Assembly (NCBI GenBank): GCA_031414955.1
Contig: JANOQV010000105.1
Coordinates: 9,090 to 73,089 of the forward strand
Source of the DNA: Pedosphaera sp.
GTDB lineage: Bacteria > Verrucomicrobiota > Verrucomicrobiia > Limisphaerales > SIBH01
Direction of reading: 5' to 3'
Length of the DNA: 64,000 nt
Positions 37,680 through 46,109 of this stretch are shown piece by piece. The position numbers and the translations under genes were made by a program. How positions within the stretch are numbered: the stretch's first letter is position 1; each line of letters starts with the position of its first letter. The notes beneath the pieces are model-generated. The model was not told the DNA's origin, did not search any database, and saw only the letters and a program-made list of their open reading frames with translations.

Positions 37680-38789
37680 ATGAAACAGCTTGCTGTCATC
37701 GCCTTGCTCTTCCTCGGGTGCTCCGCCCGCGTGGCGCACGGCTACGACTTCCTCGGCCTGCGCCCGCTCAAGTGGGAGCCGGGCAGCATCGCGATGGATT
37801 TGCAACTCAACGCCACCCAGCCGCCGGAACCTTTGCGCGATGGCCGCAGTTCGTGGAATTCCGTCGCGCAGTCGGCCCTCGGACTCTGGAACGCGCGCCT
37901 CTCCCAGGTGCGATTCACCACCTTCACGGACAACACGCACGGCCAAGGCAACCGCAAGAACGAGGTCTTTTTCAGCCCCACGATTTACGGGCACGCCTTC
38001 GGACGGGATGTGCTGGCCGTGACCACGGTCTGGCGCGTCGGCCGCGCGCGCGTCGAAGCGGACACCATTTTCAACACTGCCATCGACTGGAACTCCTACC
38101 GGGGCGAACTCGGCGTCAGCAGCATGGATCTGCGCCGCGTGGCCCTCCATGAGTTCGGTCACACGCTCGGGCTGGACCATCCCGATCAGGCCCGGCAGAT
38201 CCGCGTCGCGATCATGAACAGCACCATTTCCGATCTCGACACCCTGGCCACCGACGACATCCGCGGCGTGCGCGGCCTCTATCCGTCGTTTGACCGCTAC
38301 GTGCTCGACCTACAGGTGCTCTCGACCGGACGGGGCGTCATCCTGGCCGATCCCGCGCCCGGCCCGGACGGCAAATATCCCGCCGGCCAGATCGTCACGC
38401 TCACGGCCCGGCCGCGCCGGGGCAACCGCTTCAACTATTGGGACACGACCTCCGACCCCACCCGCCGGACCATCCGGGTGCAAGTGGTCGAGAACGAAAC
38501 CATTCGCGCCGACTTCTCCACCAATCGCGCCCCGCTCATCACGGTGCAGCCCCGGGGGAAACTCGCCTCCTACGCCGAGACGGTGAGCTTCCGCGTGGCC
38601 GCGTTGAACGCCACCGGCGCGAGCCACCAATGGCAGTATAATCATGTCGATCTTCGTAATGCCACGAATGCCTCGCTGGTGTTGTATCTCGTGACTCATG
38701 GCGACTCAGGACTCTACTCCTGCCGCGTCACCACGCCGCGCGGCTCCACGCAGAGCCGGTCCGCGCGGCTGGTTGTGGACGGCTATTGA
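37680..38789 (+). CDS. Matrixin-type (M10) zinc metalloprotease with C-terminal Ig-like domain
   Basis: HEFGHTLGLDH (38148..38180) is the HExxHxxGxxH zincin motif, followed by IMNS (a possible Met-turn). Signal peptide MKQLAVIALLFLGCSA. C-terminal Ig-like segment ..THGDSGLYSCRVTT..ARLVV. The track ORF begins at the TTG at 37674. Confidence 0.8.
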   Translation: MKQLAVIALLFLGCSARVAHGYDFLGLRPLKWEPGSIAMDLQLNATQPPEPLRDGRSSWNSVAQSALGLWNARLSQVRFTTFTDNTHGQGNRKNEVFFSPTIYGHAFGRDVLAVTTVWRVGRARVEADTIFNTAIDWNSYRGELGVSSMDLRRVALHEFGHTLGLDHPDQARQIRVAIMNSTISDLDTLATDDIRGVRGLYPSFDRYVLDLQVLSTGRGVILADPAPGPDGKYPAGQIVTLTARPRRGNRFNYWDTTSDPTRRTIRVQVVENETIRADFSTNRAPLITVQPRGKLASYAETVSFRVAALNATGASHQWQYNHVDLRNATNASLVLYLVTHGDSGLYSCRVTTPRGSTQSRSARLVVDGY

Positions 38790-39336
38790 CCGGCTGCGCG
38801 CCTGGTTGGGAGGCAGGGCTTTTCGCTCCTCCGCGCCGCCCGCTGTCTCCGCCGCTTCCCGTCTCGTGAAACGCTGCGCCGATGGCAGCGTGGTGGAATT
38901 TGGTCGCGGACGCTTCGATGACTGGTGCGTTTACGTGCGCCGGCCCGGAGGCGAACGCCGCGCGCCGCGCGACGTCGATTACTTCTCGGAGTTGAAGCAG
39001 TTGCACGCGCAACACCCCGGGCTGCACGACGACTTCATCACCGTGTTCATGGCGACCGGGAAGGCAATCGATCCCGTCGTCAGCGAACGCATTTCCGAAC
39101 TGGCCGGATCGTATCCCGCCCCCCTGCGCACCGACCTCGAGGTGCTGCTGGCCACGCTATACGCCGCCATGATCGCCGAGGAAAACCGCGCCCACGCCCC
39201 GCTCGGCAAACGCATCAAGCGACTCGGCGTGCATCAGGTGCTGGTGGAAGGAATGCCGGTGGAGGAGGCCGCGAACTTCAGCCGGGGCAAACCGTGGCGG
39301 GAATTGGAGCAGATCTGCGTAGCGCGCGGGTTTTAG
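38698..39336 (+). CDS. Hypothetical protein (start uncertain)
   Basis: The maximal ORF overlaps the matrixin gene by 92 nt. In-frame alternatives are TTG 38806 and GTG 38866 (MKRCADGSVVEFGRGRFDDWCVYV). No recognised domain. Confidence 0.5.
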   Translation: MATQDSTPAASPRRAAPRRAGPRGWLWTAIDRLRAWLGGRAFRSSAPPAVSAASRLVKRCADGSVVEFGRGRFDDWCVYVRRPGGERRAPRDVDYFSELKQLHAQHPGLHDDFITVFMATGKAIDPVVSERISELAGSYPAPLRTDLEVLLATLYAAMIAEENRAHAPLGKRIKRLGVHQVLVEGMPVEEAANFSRGKPWRELEQICVARGF

Positions 39337-39363
39337 CAGGCGTTGGCAGCCGGAGAAAAACAG

Positions 39364-39487
39364 GGTCTCGCGAAGGCGGCAAAGGAGGCGAAGGAGAAAA
39401 TAAAGTCCTCCTTGATTGCGCCCGCAACTGAACGAGTGAAGTTTTCCGACACCGCCTCCTCAATTCCTTCGCCGCCTTCGCGAGACC
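39364..39487. repeat. Imperfect 33-nt inverted repeat between convergent genes
   Basis: GGTCTCGCGAAGGCGGCAAAGGAGGCGAAGGAG (39364..39396) against CTCCTCAATTCCTTCGCCGCCTTCGCGAGACC (39455..39487). Confidence 0.6.
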
Positions 39488-39512
39488 ATCCCTTGCCGTT
39501 TCACATTTCCGA

Positions 39513-39911
39513 CTACTCCAGCGGCAGCCCGAAGTAGAGCCGCAGCCACGGCTCCAGTTCCTCGAACTCGACCGCCTTGCCCGTGGAGACGAGGAACGAG
39601 CGCATGTTGTCCGAGAAACCCGTGCCGGCGAAGACCACCAGGCCGGGGATGGGCCAGGCCTCGATGTCCTTGATCGTGGCCGGGATTTTTTCCTCCGCGC
39701 TGCCGACCACGGATTGGAATTTGCATTCGAGTCCGAGTGTCTTGCGTGACCCGGGATGAATGAGCACCACGTCGATGTGGCGCACCGCGCCCCAGATGCG
39801 GCGGGCCACCCGGACCTGCTCGCGCGCTTCCAGTCCAAGTTCCTGGCCGAGCGCCACCACGGCCTTGGCCAGCCCGTCTCCATTCTGAACTGCAAGCGCG
39901 CGTCCGGCCAT
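39513..39911 (-). CDS. Minimal PD-(D/E)XK-fold nuclease (candidate restriction component)
   Basis: 132 aa. HIDVVLIHPGSRKTLGLECKFQ fits the D...(D/E)xK core, preceded by a GDGLAKAVV..L helix as in Hjc/YraN-like nucleases. Starts 1 nt after the stop of the upstream gene. Confidence 0.5.
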   Translation of the reverse strand: MAGRALAVQNGDGLAKAVVALGQELGLEAREQVRVARRIWGAVRHIDVVLIHPGSRKTLGLECKFQSVVGSAEEKIPATIKDIEAWPIPGLVVFAGTGFSDNMRSFLVSTGKAVEFEELEPWLRLYFGLPLE

Positions 39912-39912
39912 G

Positions 39913-40719
39913 TCAGTCTTCCGCTCTGAAAATATGAAGCTGGTGCCTCATCCCACTTTCGAGCAACCAAATCTCATCCTCTCCGTTAACAACTTCGAGG
40001 ATCGTCTCAACAAATAATTTCTCAAAGAACCAGCGAATCTGTGCTGCCCTGCATTCCGCTTCGTTCATGTCTTTTCCGCTCCCACACGGAAAAATAAACC
40101 TTACAACTGCCGTGGTTTCATCAACCAGGTACCGATTAACGCCAACAGCTTCCGCTTCCACAATTTCCCTTCTGCTCTTGAGGTTTCCAACCTTGAAACG
40201 ACCGCTGACGTGACTAATGGAATACCCGCCGAAAACGTCGGAGATCCACTTGCATAGTCGTTCGAGGAATTCGTCATTGGTTTCGTCTTTCCGAGGAAAC
40301 TGAGCTTCGAGCTTGTCGAATCCGATAGCTTTTAGCCGGGGAACAACTGCGTCTTTGAAGAACAAAGAATCGAGAGCCGACTTAAGCCATTCCTCATTTC
40401 GTAATGGCATGAAGAATTCAAATAGCAGGACATGGTTGTAGCAAATGGCCTGGTATTTGCGCCGGAAGCGGCGCTTCTGCGTGGCAATCTCGTCTCGAAA
40501 TTTCGGCCAAGTGAATTGCCGGAACGCTAGAATTACCCGAAACGTGTTCCCCGGGCGTGGCTCAAGAAGTGACCTGAATTGTTTTGACAGATAAGTGTCG
40601 AAAGAACTCCGACTGAACCCCGTCGCGGCACGAAACTCATCCAGCGTAAACGGCTCCTGAGTGATGCAGCGTTGGTGCAAAAAATCGAACGCTTTGTGAT
40701 GGTCAGATCCGAGTGTCAT
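39913..40719 (-). CDS. Hypothetical 268-aa protein (possible N-terminal winged-helix), middle gene of the methyltransferase operon
   Basis: Clean ORF, visibly more AT-rich than the flanks. ATGA overlap with the methyltransferase stop. N-terminal FTLDEFRAATGFSRSSFDTYLSKQF looks HTH-like. No catalytic motif recognised. Confidence 0.6.
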   Translation of the reverse strand: MTLGSDHHKAFDFLHQRCITQEPFTLDEFRAATGFSRSSFDTYLSKQFRSLLEPRPGNTFRVILAFRQFTWPKFRDEIATQKRRFRRKYQAICYNHVLLFEFFMPLRNEEWLKSALDSLFFKDAVVPRLKAIGFDKLEAQFPRKDETNDEFLERLCKWISDVFGGYSISHVSGRFKVGNLKSRREIVEAEAVGVNRYLVDETTAVVRFIFPCGSGKDMNEAECRAAQIRWFFEKLFVETILEVVNGEDEIWLLESGMRHQLHIFRAED

Positions 40720-41717
40720 ATCGCCTTTTTGCCTTCACCTGTCAGCTCAGGGTGGAGTATTGAGGCCTCCTTCATGCGTTTGATGGCAACCCGAACGTGA
40801 TTTTCATCCAACTCGATACCGATGAAGTCACGGTCCAATTGAACACAAGCGACACCAGACGTTCCCGCGCCCATGAACGGGTCCAGCACAATCGCCCCCT
40901 TGTTTGTAGAGGCTTTGAGGCACAACTCGATAAGCGCGATGGGTTTTTGAGTGGGGTGCTTTCCAAAAACCTTTTCGCGCTTCGGCGGAGCGGCAATTTT
41001 CCAGACTGATTTCATCTGCTTTCCCGCGTTCAGCCGCTTCATGTCCTGGTAGTTGAAAAGATGCTTACTCTTCTCGTTCTTTGCCGCCCAGAGAATCGTC
41101 TCGGTCGAGTGCGTGAAGTAACGGCAGGAGAGGTTCGGCGGCGGGTTGGGTTTTTCCCACGCGATGTCGTTCAGGATTTTCATCCCGAGCTGCTGCATGG
41201 CGTAGCCGACGGAGAAAATGACGTGCTGCGTGCCGGTGACCCAGATCGTGCCGTTGGGCTTGAGCACGCGCTGGCAGCGGCGCAGCCACTCGGTGTTGAA
41301 CTCGTGGTTCAGCTCCGGCCCCTTCGACTTGTCCCAGTCGCCCTTGTCCACCTTGACCATCTTGCCGGCGTGGCAGGTGATGCCGCCGTTGGAGAGGAAG
41401 TAGGGCGGATCGGCGAAGATGCAGTCGAAGCAGCCGTCGGGAAATTTCTCGTGCATGGCGTCGAGCACTTCCAGTGAATTGCCCTGCACCAGCGCGGCCC
41501 CGCCGATCTCGGCGCGCAGATGCGTTCGCACCACCTCGAGAATTTGGGGCCAGCCGGGAAACTGGGCCGGGGTCTTGCCGCGTTTGAGCACGCGCGACGA
41601 TACAGTCGCCGCGCGCGGCGGGTGCAAGAGAAATGAGCGCAGGCGCGCGACCCCAGGCTCATCGGGAGACATATTTTGCCTGGGTTTGAACTTCCTCAGA
41701 ATTTTTCTTCTCGCCAC
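40716..41717 (-). CDS. Beta-class N6-adenine/N4-cytosine DNA methyltransferase
   Basis: Motif IV IFADPPYF precedes HPTQKP and motif I VLDPFMGAGTSGVA, which is the beta-class order. GTG start at 41717, or ATG at 41672. Confidence 0.85.
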   Translation of the reverse strand: MARRKILRKFKPRQNMSPDEPGVARLRSFLLHPPRAATVSSRVLKRGKTPAQFPGWPQILEVVRTHLRAEIGGAALVQGNSLEVLDAMHEKFPDGCFDCIFADPPYFLSNGGITCHAGKMVKVDKGDWDKSKGPELNHEFNTEWLRRCQRVLKPNGTIWVTGTQHVIFSVGYAMQQLGMKILNDIAWEKPNPPPNLSCRYFTHSTETILWAAKNEKSKHLFNYQDMKRLNAGKQMKSVWKIAAPPKREKVFGKHPTQKPIALIELCLKASTNKGAIVLDPFMGAGTSGVACVQLDRDFIGIELDENHVRVAIKRMKEASILHPELTGEGKKAI

Positions 41718-41783
41718 TCGTCGGTTTAATTCGGAGAAATTGACGCTCTCGCTCCCAAGGGGAGCCGGTGTGAGCAGTCTTCA

Positions 41784-43442
41784 ATGAAGAAAGTTTGGCC
41801 AATTCTATGTCTGGTGTGCGGCGCGCTGCTGTTGGGCGGCGCACTGCTCGTGCCGGTGCATTGGCGCGCGGTGGATGCCTCGGCGGTCGAACGCGCAGGC
41901 CGGGGAGGCGCCGGCGCGGCCACCCCCACTTTGATTGAGGAAGGTCTGACTTTCCTGAGCGTGGAAAAACTCGGCCCGGCTCGGATGCTCTTGCGCACCG
42001 CTCAATCGGAGGGTGTGCCGCGCGCCGAGGTGCTGGCGGCGGCGGTCGCCCAGTTTGCCAAGGACAATCCCGCTCAGGTGGCACTGGGCGGCGAGGAACC
42101 GGTTTTGAGCAAGGTGGATCTGGCTCTGGGCGCGCTGACCGAGCCGCGTCCGATCGTGGAGTTGCTGGCCCGCCGCACGGCGCGCGAGAAGGCGCTGCAA
42201 TCCTTGCAGCAATCGCGCCGGCCCGCCGTGTTGCAGATTCTCAAGAACCGTAATCTCACCCGGACGGTTCACTTTCCTGCGGCGACGTCCTCCTCCGGTC
42301 AGGCCCTGGAAGCAGCCATCATTACCGCCGGCCTCTTGTTTCAAGGCGACTATTTCACGGCATCGTTCCGCGAGGCGCTGGAGTGGCTGGCGGTGAGCGC
42401 GAATCGCGGCGAGAACTCCGGCGCACTCGAACTGGTCTATCTCGATCTGCTCTCCGTGGGCAAACGCCTCGACTGGGTGTCCATGACGGAACTGGTCAAA
42501 CATGTGGACAGCATCGCCACCTTGCGCGACCTCGCCGAAGCGGTGCGCTCCCACGAGGACGCCATGCCGAACATCTTCGCGGCCGTCGCCCTGTCGGGCA
42601 ACGGCCGGGGCGTGGCCAAGTATCTCGACACCTTTTCCGAGACCGGGATGAATGACGTCAACTTCGCCCTGCGCCACGGGCGCGGCGCGGTGGATTTGCT
42701 CATCAAGCAGCAGCAGCGCATTTATTCCGCCGGCCAGTTTCGCAGCCAGGTCGTCAAGTATGATCCGTTTGGTGCGTTCTTCCACGGCCTGATGCCAGCC
42801 GCCATTGGCTCCCATGTCGGCGCCTTGTTTCTAAAGTATGCCCTGCTGCTCTTTGCCGCTTTGTTCATCGCCCGCACCATCGGGTTCATCGTTCCGCCGG
42901 TCGGCCATCGCTTCGGCGTGCGGTTCGGTGCCGACCTGGTGCTGGCCGCAGCCATCGCCTTCATCGTCGCGCTCTCGGTCGAGCCGTTCGTCGGGCTGCC
43001 CGCCCAAATCACGGAACTTCCTTTTCGCATCCAATTCCCCGGCTTCGGGGACGCCGCCGCCACCAATCCGCAAACCATCCATCAACCATTTATGAAACAA
43101 CTCAGCCTTGTCTCACTGTCGGTGTTCTTCGTCATCCAGGCGCTGATCTACGTCTGGTGTCTCGCCAAGATCGCGCAGATCCGCCGCGAGCCAAACAGCG
43201 CCCGCGTGAAGCTGCGCCTCCTGGAGAACGAAGACCACCTCTTCGACGCCGGCCTCTACATCGGCTTCGCCGGCACGGTCATCTCGCTCATCCTCGTGGC
43301 GCTGAACATTCTCGGCAAAGGCAGCACGATGATGGCGTATTCCTCGACCTCGTTCGGCATCATCTTCGTCTCGGTGCTGAAGATTTTTCATCTCCGCCCG
43401 CTGCGCCGGAAGCTGATCCTCGAAAGTGAAGAGCAGCCATGA
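41784..43442 (+). CDS. Membrane protein with C-terminal MotA/TolQ/ExbB-like channel segment
   Basis: 552 aa. N-terminal TM, roughly 320-aa helical domain, then TM helices. The last two read LYIGFAGTVISLI and AYSSTSFGIIFVSV..LRPLRRK, resembling the G(L/F)xGTV and A..(T/S)T..G(L/I) signatures of TolQ/ExbB TM2-TM3. By-eye match only. Confidence 0.5.
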   Translation: MKKVWPILCLVCGALLLGGALLVPVHWRAVDASAVERAGRGGAGAATPTLIEEGLTFLSVEKLGPARMLLRTAQSEGVPRAEVLAAAVAQFAKDNPAQVALGGEEPVLSKVDLALGALTEPRPIVELLARRTAREKALQSLQQSRRPAVLQILKNRNLTRTVHFPAATSSSGQALEAAIITAGLLFQGDYFTASFREALEWLAVSANRGENSGALELVYLDLLSVGKRLDWVSMTELVKHVDSIATLRDLAEAVRSHEDAMPNIFAAVALSGNGRGVAKYLDTFSETGMNDVNFALRHGRGAVDLLIKQQQRIYSAGQFRSQVVKYDPFGAFFHGLMPAAIGSHVGALFLKYALLLFAALFIARTIGFIVPPVGHRFGVRFGADLVLAAAIAFIVALSVEPFVGLPAQITELPFRIQFPGFGDAAATNPQTIHQPFMKQLSLVSLSVFFVIQALIYVWCLAKIAQIRREPNSARVKLRLLENEDHLFDAGLYIGFAGTVISLILVALNILGKGSTMMAYSSTSFGIIFVSVLKIFHLRPLRRKLILESEEQP

Positions 43443-44866
43443 ACCGCTCGATCCTCATCGTCATCTGCGACTTCCTGCTCGTCACGCTGGTGGCGTTCTC
43501 GAACTTCGACACCGACAAGCTGGAGCAGCCCGAGACCCGCATCGCCCAGGCGCCCAAGGGCATCGGCGGCAACCAGGACATGATGGGCACGCTCCAACTC
43601 GCCCTCGAGGACGAGAAGCAGACGCGCGAGAAGTTGACCTCTGATTTGCGCGCGCAGGAGCAGGCGGCCACCGAGCGCGAGCAGAAGATCAAGGAGTTCC
43701 AGGAAAGCCTCCGGCGCACCGAGGAGCAGGCCAAGCAAATCGAAACGCAACGGTCCGCGCTCGCCCAGCAGGCGGCCGCCGCCCAGTCGAGTTTGCAGGA
43801 TGTGCAGGGCAAGCTCTCCACGGTCAGCGCGCAGAATCTTGTCTCCCAGGAAAAGCTCGCTTCACTCCAGGCGGATCTGAAGAAACGTGAAGAGGAAGCC
43901 AAGGTGCTCCAGGCGAAACTCTCCGAGACCGAGCGCGCCGCGCAGGCCACGCTGGCGGAGAAGCAGCAGATCTCGGCGCAGCTTCAAGTGTCCGAAGCCG
44001 AAAAGCGCCTGACCCGCGAGCAAGTCGCCGAACTGCGCGGCACCGTCGCCACCGAGCGCCAGGAAAAGGCGAAGCTTCAGGAGCATGCCTCGTCCCTGGC
44101 CACGAATCTCTCCACCCTGGCCCAGCAATCGGGTGAACTGACCAAGGAGATTCGCGACACCCGGCCGCTCTCGCCGAATGCCATCTTCAACGGCTTCCTC
44201 AGCAACCGTATCACGGCCAGGTTCGATGCGGCCCGCAGCGGCCTCTTCGGTCGCGACGTGGCCAAGGAGAAGAGCAGCCAATGCCTGCTGTTCACCGAGG
44301 GCACGCAGACCTTCGCCCTGTTCCATGTGGACAGCACGCCGCTGACGATTTGGAATCCAGGCACGGACTGGAGCAGCCTCACCACAGTCCTGCAGCACGG
44401 AAAAGTCGCATTTTCTGGCGTGAGATTGTCGTTCCTCGCCCAAGATCCACGCGTGGTAGTGGTGCCCATCGGCACCGCGCAGGCCAAACAATATGGCGTG
44501 AAGATTTACAATGCCGGCATCGATCCGTTCAAATTCCAGGAGGCCGTCATCGTGGGAGCCAACGAAGGCTATTACGGCGAGTGCAAGTTCCAAATCGACA
44601 CCAGCACGCCCAACTACGTGAAGGTCGATCGCAGCCTGCTCAAGGGCTTGTTCGGACAGTTCAACCCCTCGCGCGGCGACTTCGTCCTGACCAAGACCGG
44701 CGACCTCATCGGCGTCATGGTCAACGGGGAGTATTGCGCCCTGCTGAACAAGGTCATGCCCACGCGCACTATCACCCTCGGCAACGATGTCTCCACCCAG
44801 CAGACCGGCCAGATGCTTTCGCAGCTCTACGATCGCATCTTCCAGATGCCGCTGAAGCTGCAGTAA
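43439..44866 (+). CDS. ExbD/TolR-like single-TM protein extended by a long coiled coil and a C-terminal globular domain
   Basis: ATGA overlap with the upstream gene. N-terminal MNRSILIVICDFLLVTLVAF has an intramembrane Asp in an I.D.LLV.L..F context, like the TolR/ExbD TM. About 200 aa are Q/A/E/K-rich heptad-like sequence. The C-terminal domain carries SRGDFVLTKTGDLIGVMVNG, reminiscent of a Ser-less trypsin-fold motif. Confidence 0.45.
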   Translation: MNRSILIVICDFLLVTLVAFSNFDTDKLEQPETRIAQAPKGIGGNQDMMGTLQLALEDEKQTREKLTSDLRAQEQAATEREQKIKEFQESLRRTEEQAKQIETQRSALAQQAAAAQSSLQDVQGKLSTVSAQNLVSQEKLASLQADLKKREEEAKVLQAKLSETERAAQATLAEKQQISAQLQVSEAEKRLTREQVAELRGTVATERQEKAKLQEHASSLATNLSTLAQQSGELTKEIRDTRPLSPNAIFNGFLSNRITARFDAARSGLFGRDVAKEKSSQCLLFTEGTQTFALFHVDSTPLTIWNPGTDWSSLTTVLQHGKVAFSGVRLSFLAQDPRVVVVPIGTAQAKQYGVKIYNAGIDPFKFQEAVIVGANEGYYGECKFQIDTSTPNYVKVDRSLLKGLFGQFNPSRGDFVLTKTGDLIGVMVNGEYCALLNKVMPTRTITLGNDVSTQQTGQMLSQLYDRIFQMPLKLQ

Positions 44867-44872
44867 CGGCCG

Positions 44873-45526
44873 GTGAAAACCAACGCCTCGGGAATCCTGC
44901 TGCTGGGTTTGGGGTTTCTTATCGTCGGCTGCGCTTCGTTCGCGAAGCGCCTGGAAGCGGTCACGGTTTCAAAAATCCAGCCTGGGTCCACGACGCGCCC
45001 AGAAGTGGAGCAACGTCTCGGTGTACCCAGCGAAACCGTCCGGGGAACCAATGGCACCAGGGTGGTGAGATATTTCTTTCATGAGTTTGAACGCTCAATG
45101 GATGTGAGCCACCACCGTCGGCGCTTCGAGCCGGGCCTCGTCCTTTTCCGCACGCTCACGCTGAGTTACAGCCCCGAGGAGGTTGTCACGCGCCGGCTAT
45201 ACGATGAAAGCCTCACGCCAATTTACCGGACCAACGCCTGGTTCTCAGCTGGGCCGGTGCTGACGTCCGCATCGACTGCCTTTTGCCAGCGCGGCGTCAC
45301 GACGCACTCTGAGGCCGTGGACCGGCTCGGCAGGCCCAGTTCGCACACTTTTGATCAGACTGAAGGTTCAGTGCTCGTCTGGTTCAGCCTCAAGACCCGC
45401 CAATCGAACTGGAGCGATCCAGACATCGGGAAACTAATCATGAGGTTCGACGAGCGTGGAGTGCTTGGAGACTTCACCCTGGTCGAACACGTCCGGATCA
45501 ACCTTGATCCATTGGCTCTCCCCTGA
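44873..45526 (+). CDS. Lipoprotein with two BamE/SmpA-OmlA-like repeats
   Basis: GTG start. Lipobox GFLIVGC. Repeats KIQPGSTTRPEVEQRLGVPSE and CQRGVTTHSEAVDRLGRPSS resemble the BamE G.T..EV...LG.P pattern. Confidence 0.5.
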   Translation: MKTNASGILLLGLGFLIVGCASFAKRLEAVTVSKIQPGSTTRPEVEQRLGVPSETVRGTNGTRVVRYFFHEFERSMDVSHHRRRFEPGLVLFRTLTLSYSPEEVVTRRLYDESLTPIYRTNAWFSAGPVLTSASTAFCQRGVTTHSEAVDRLGRPSSHTFDQTEGSVLVWFSLKTRQSNWSDPDIGKLIMRFDERGVLGDFTLVEHVRINLDPLALP

Positions 45527-45640
45527 ATAGAGAGCGGCCCCGGCGACAATCGGCCGATCACGGCTGAAGCGCGCCCGTTTTCCGTACCCCATTAGGAATT
45601 GAAGATTGCCCGTGACCAGCCTCTCCGGTAAGTCACACCC

Positions 45641-46027
45641 ATGCGTTTCCTGCGCCAGTATCGATTCATTGTCGCGTTCTTTCTGCTGCTGATCTTTTGC
45701 ACCGTGATGTGGGTCCGGCAGATGAATATTCGCCAGTCCAAGCATGTCGAAATGCGCGAGGCTTTCATCCTGCTCTTCATGCGCAACTACACCCTGGAGG
45801 CGCGGCATCTCTTCGACAAGCTGGTCATCGAGGTGCCTAAGTACACCGGGAAGCTTTCCGACAAGGAAGTGCTGGATGACTTCCAGCGCACCCTGCTGCT
45901 GGTGGATCCTTACTCCAACCAGACCAACAACCTGATTTGGAAGTACCATTGGATGCTGAGTGAGGAACTGGACAAACGCTCCGTGGATCTGCTGGAGCGT
46001 GCCCACCAACTGGCCGAAAAGGAATAA
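45641..46027 (+). CDS. Small single-TM hypothetical protein
   Basis: 128 aa. TM FIVAFFLLLIFCTVMW followed by a helical soluble part. No recognised domain. Confidence 0.5.
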   Translation: MRFLRQYRFIVAFFLLLIFCTVMWVRQMNIRQSKHVEMREAFILLFMRNYTLEARHLFDKLVIEVPKYTGKLSDKEVLDDFQRTLLLVDPYSNQTNNLIWKYHWMLSEELDKRSVDLLERAHQLAEKE

Positions 46028-46109
46028 TGGCAAAGGCCGAGCGCGCCGTTGACAGCCAGGTGGACGCGGCATACTTTTCGCCGTCACTTAAACCCTTTGG
46101 ATTGAAGTC

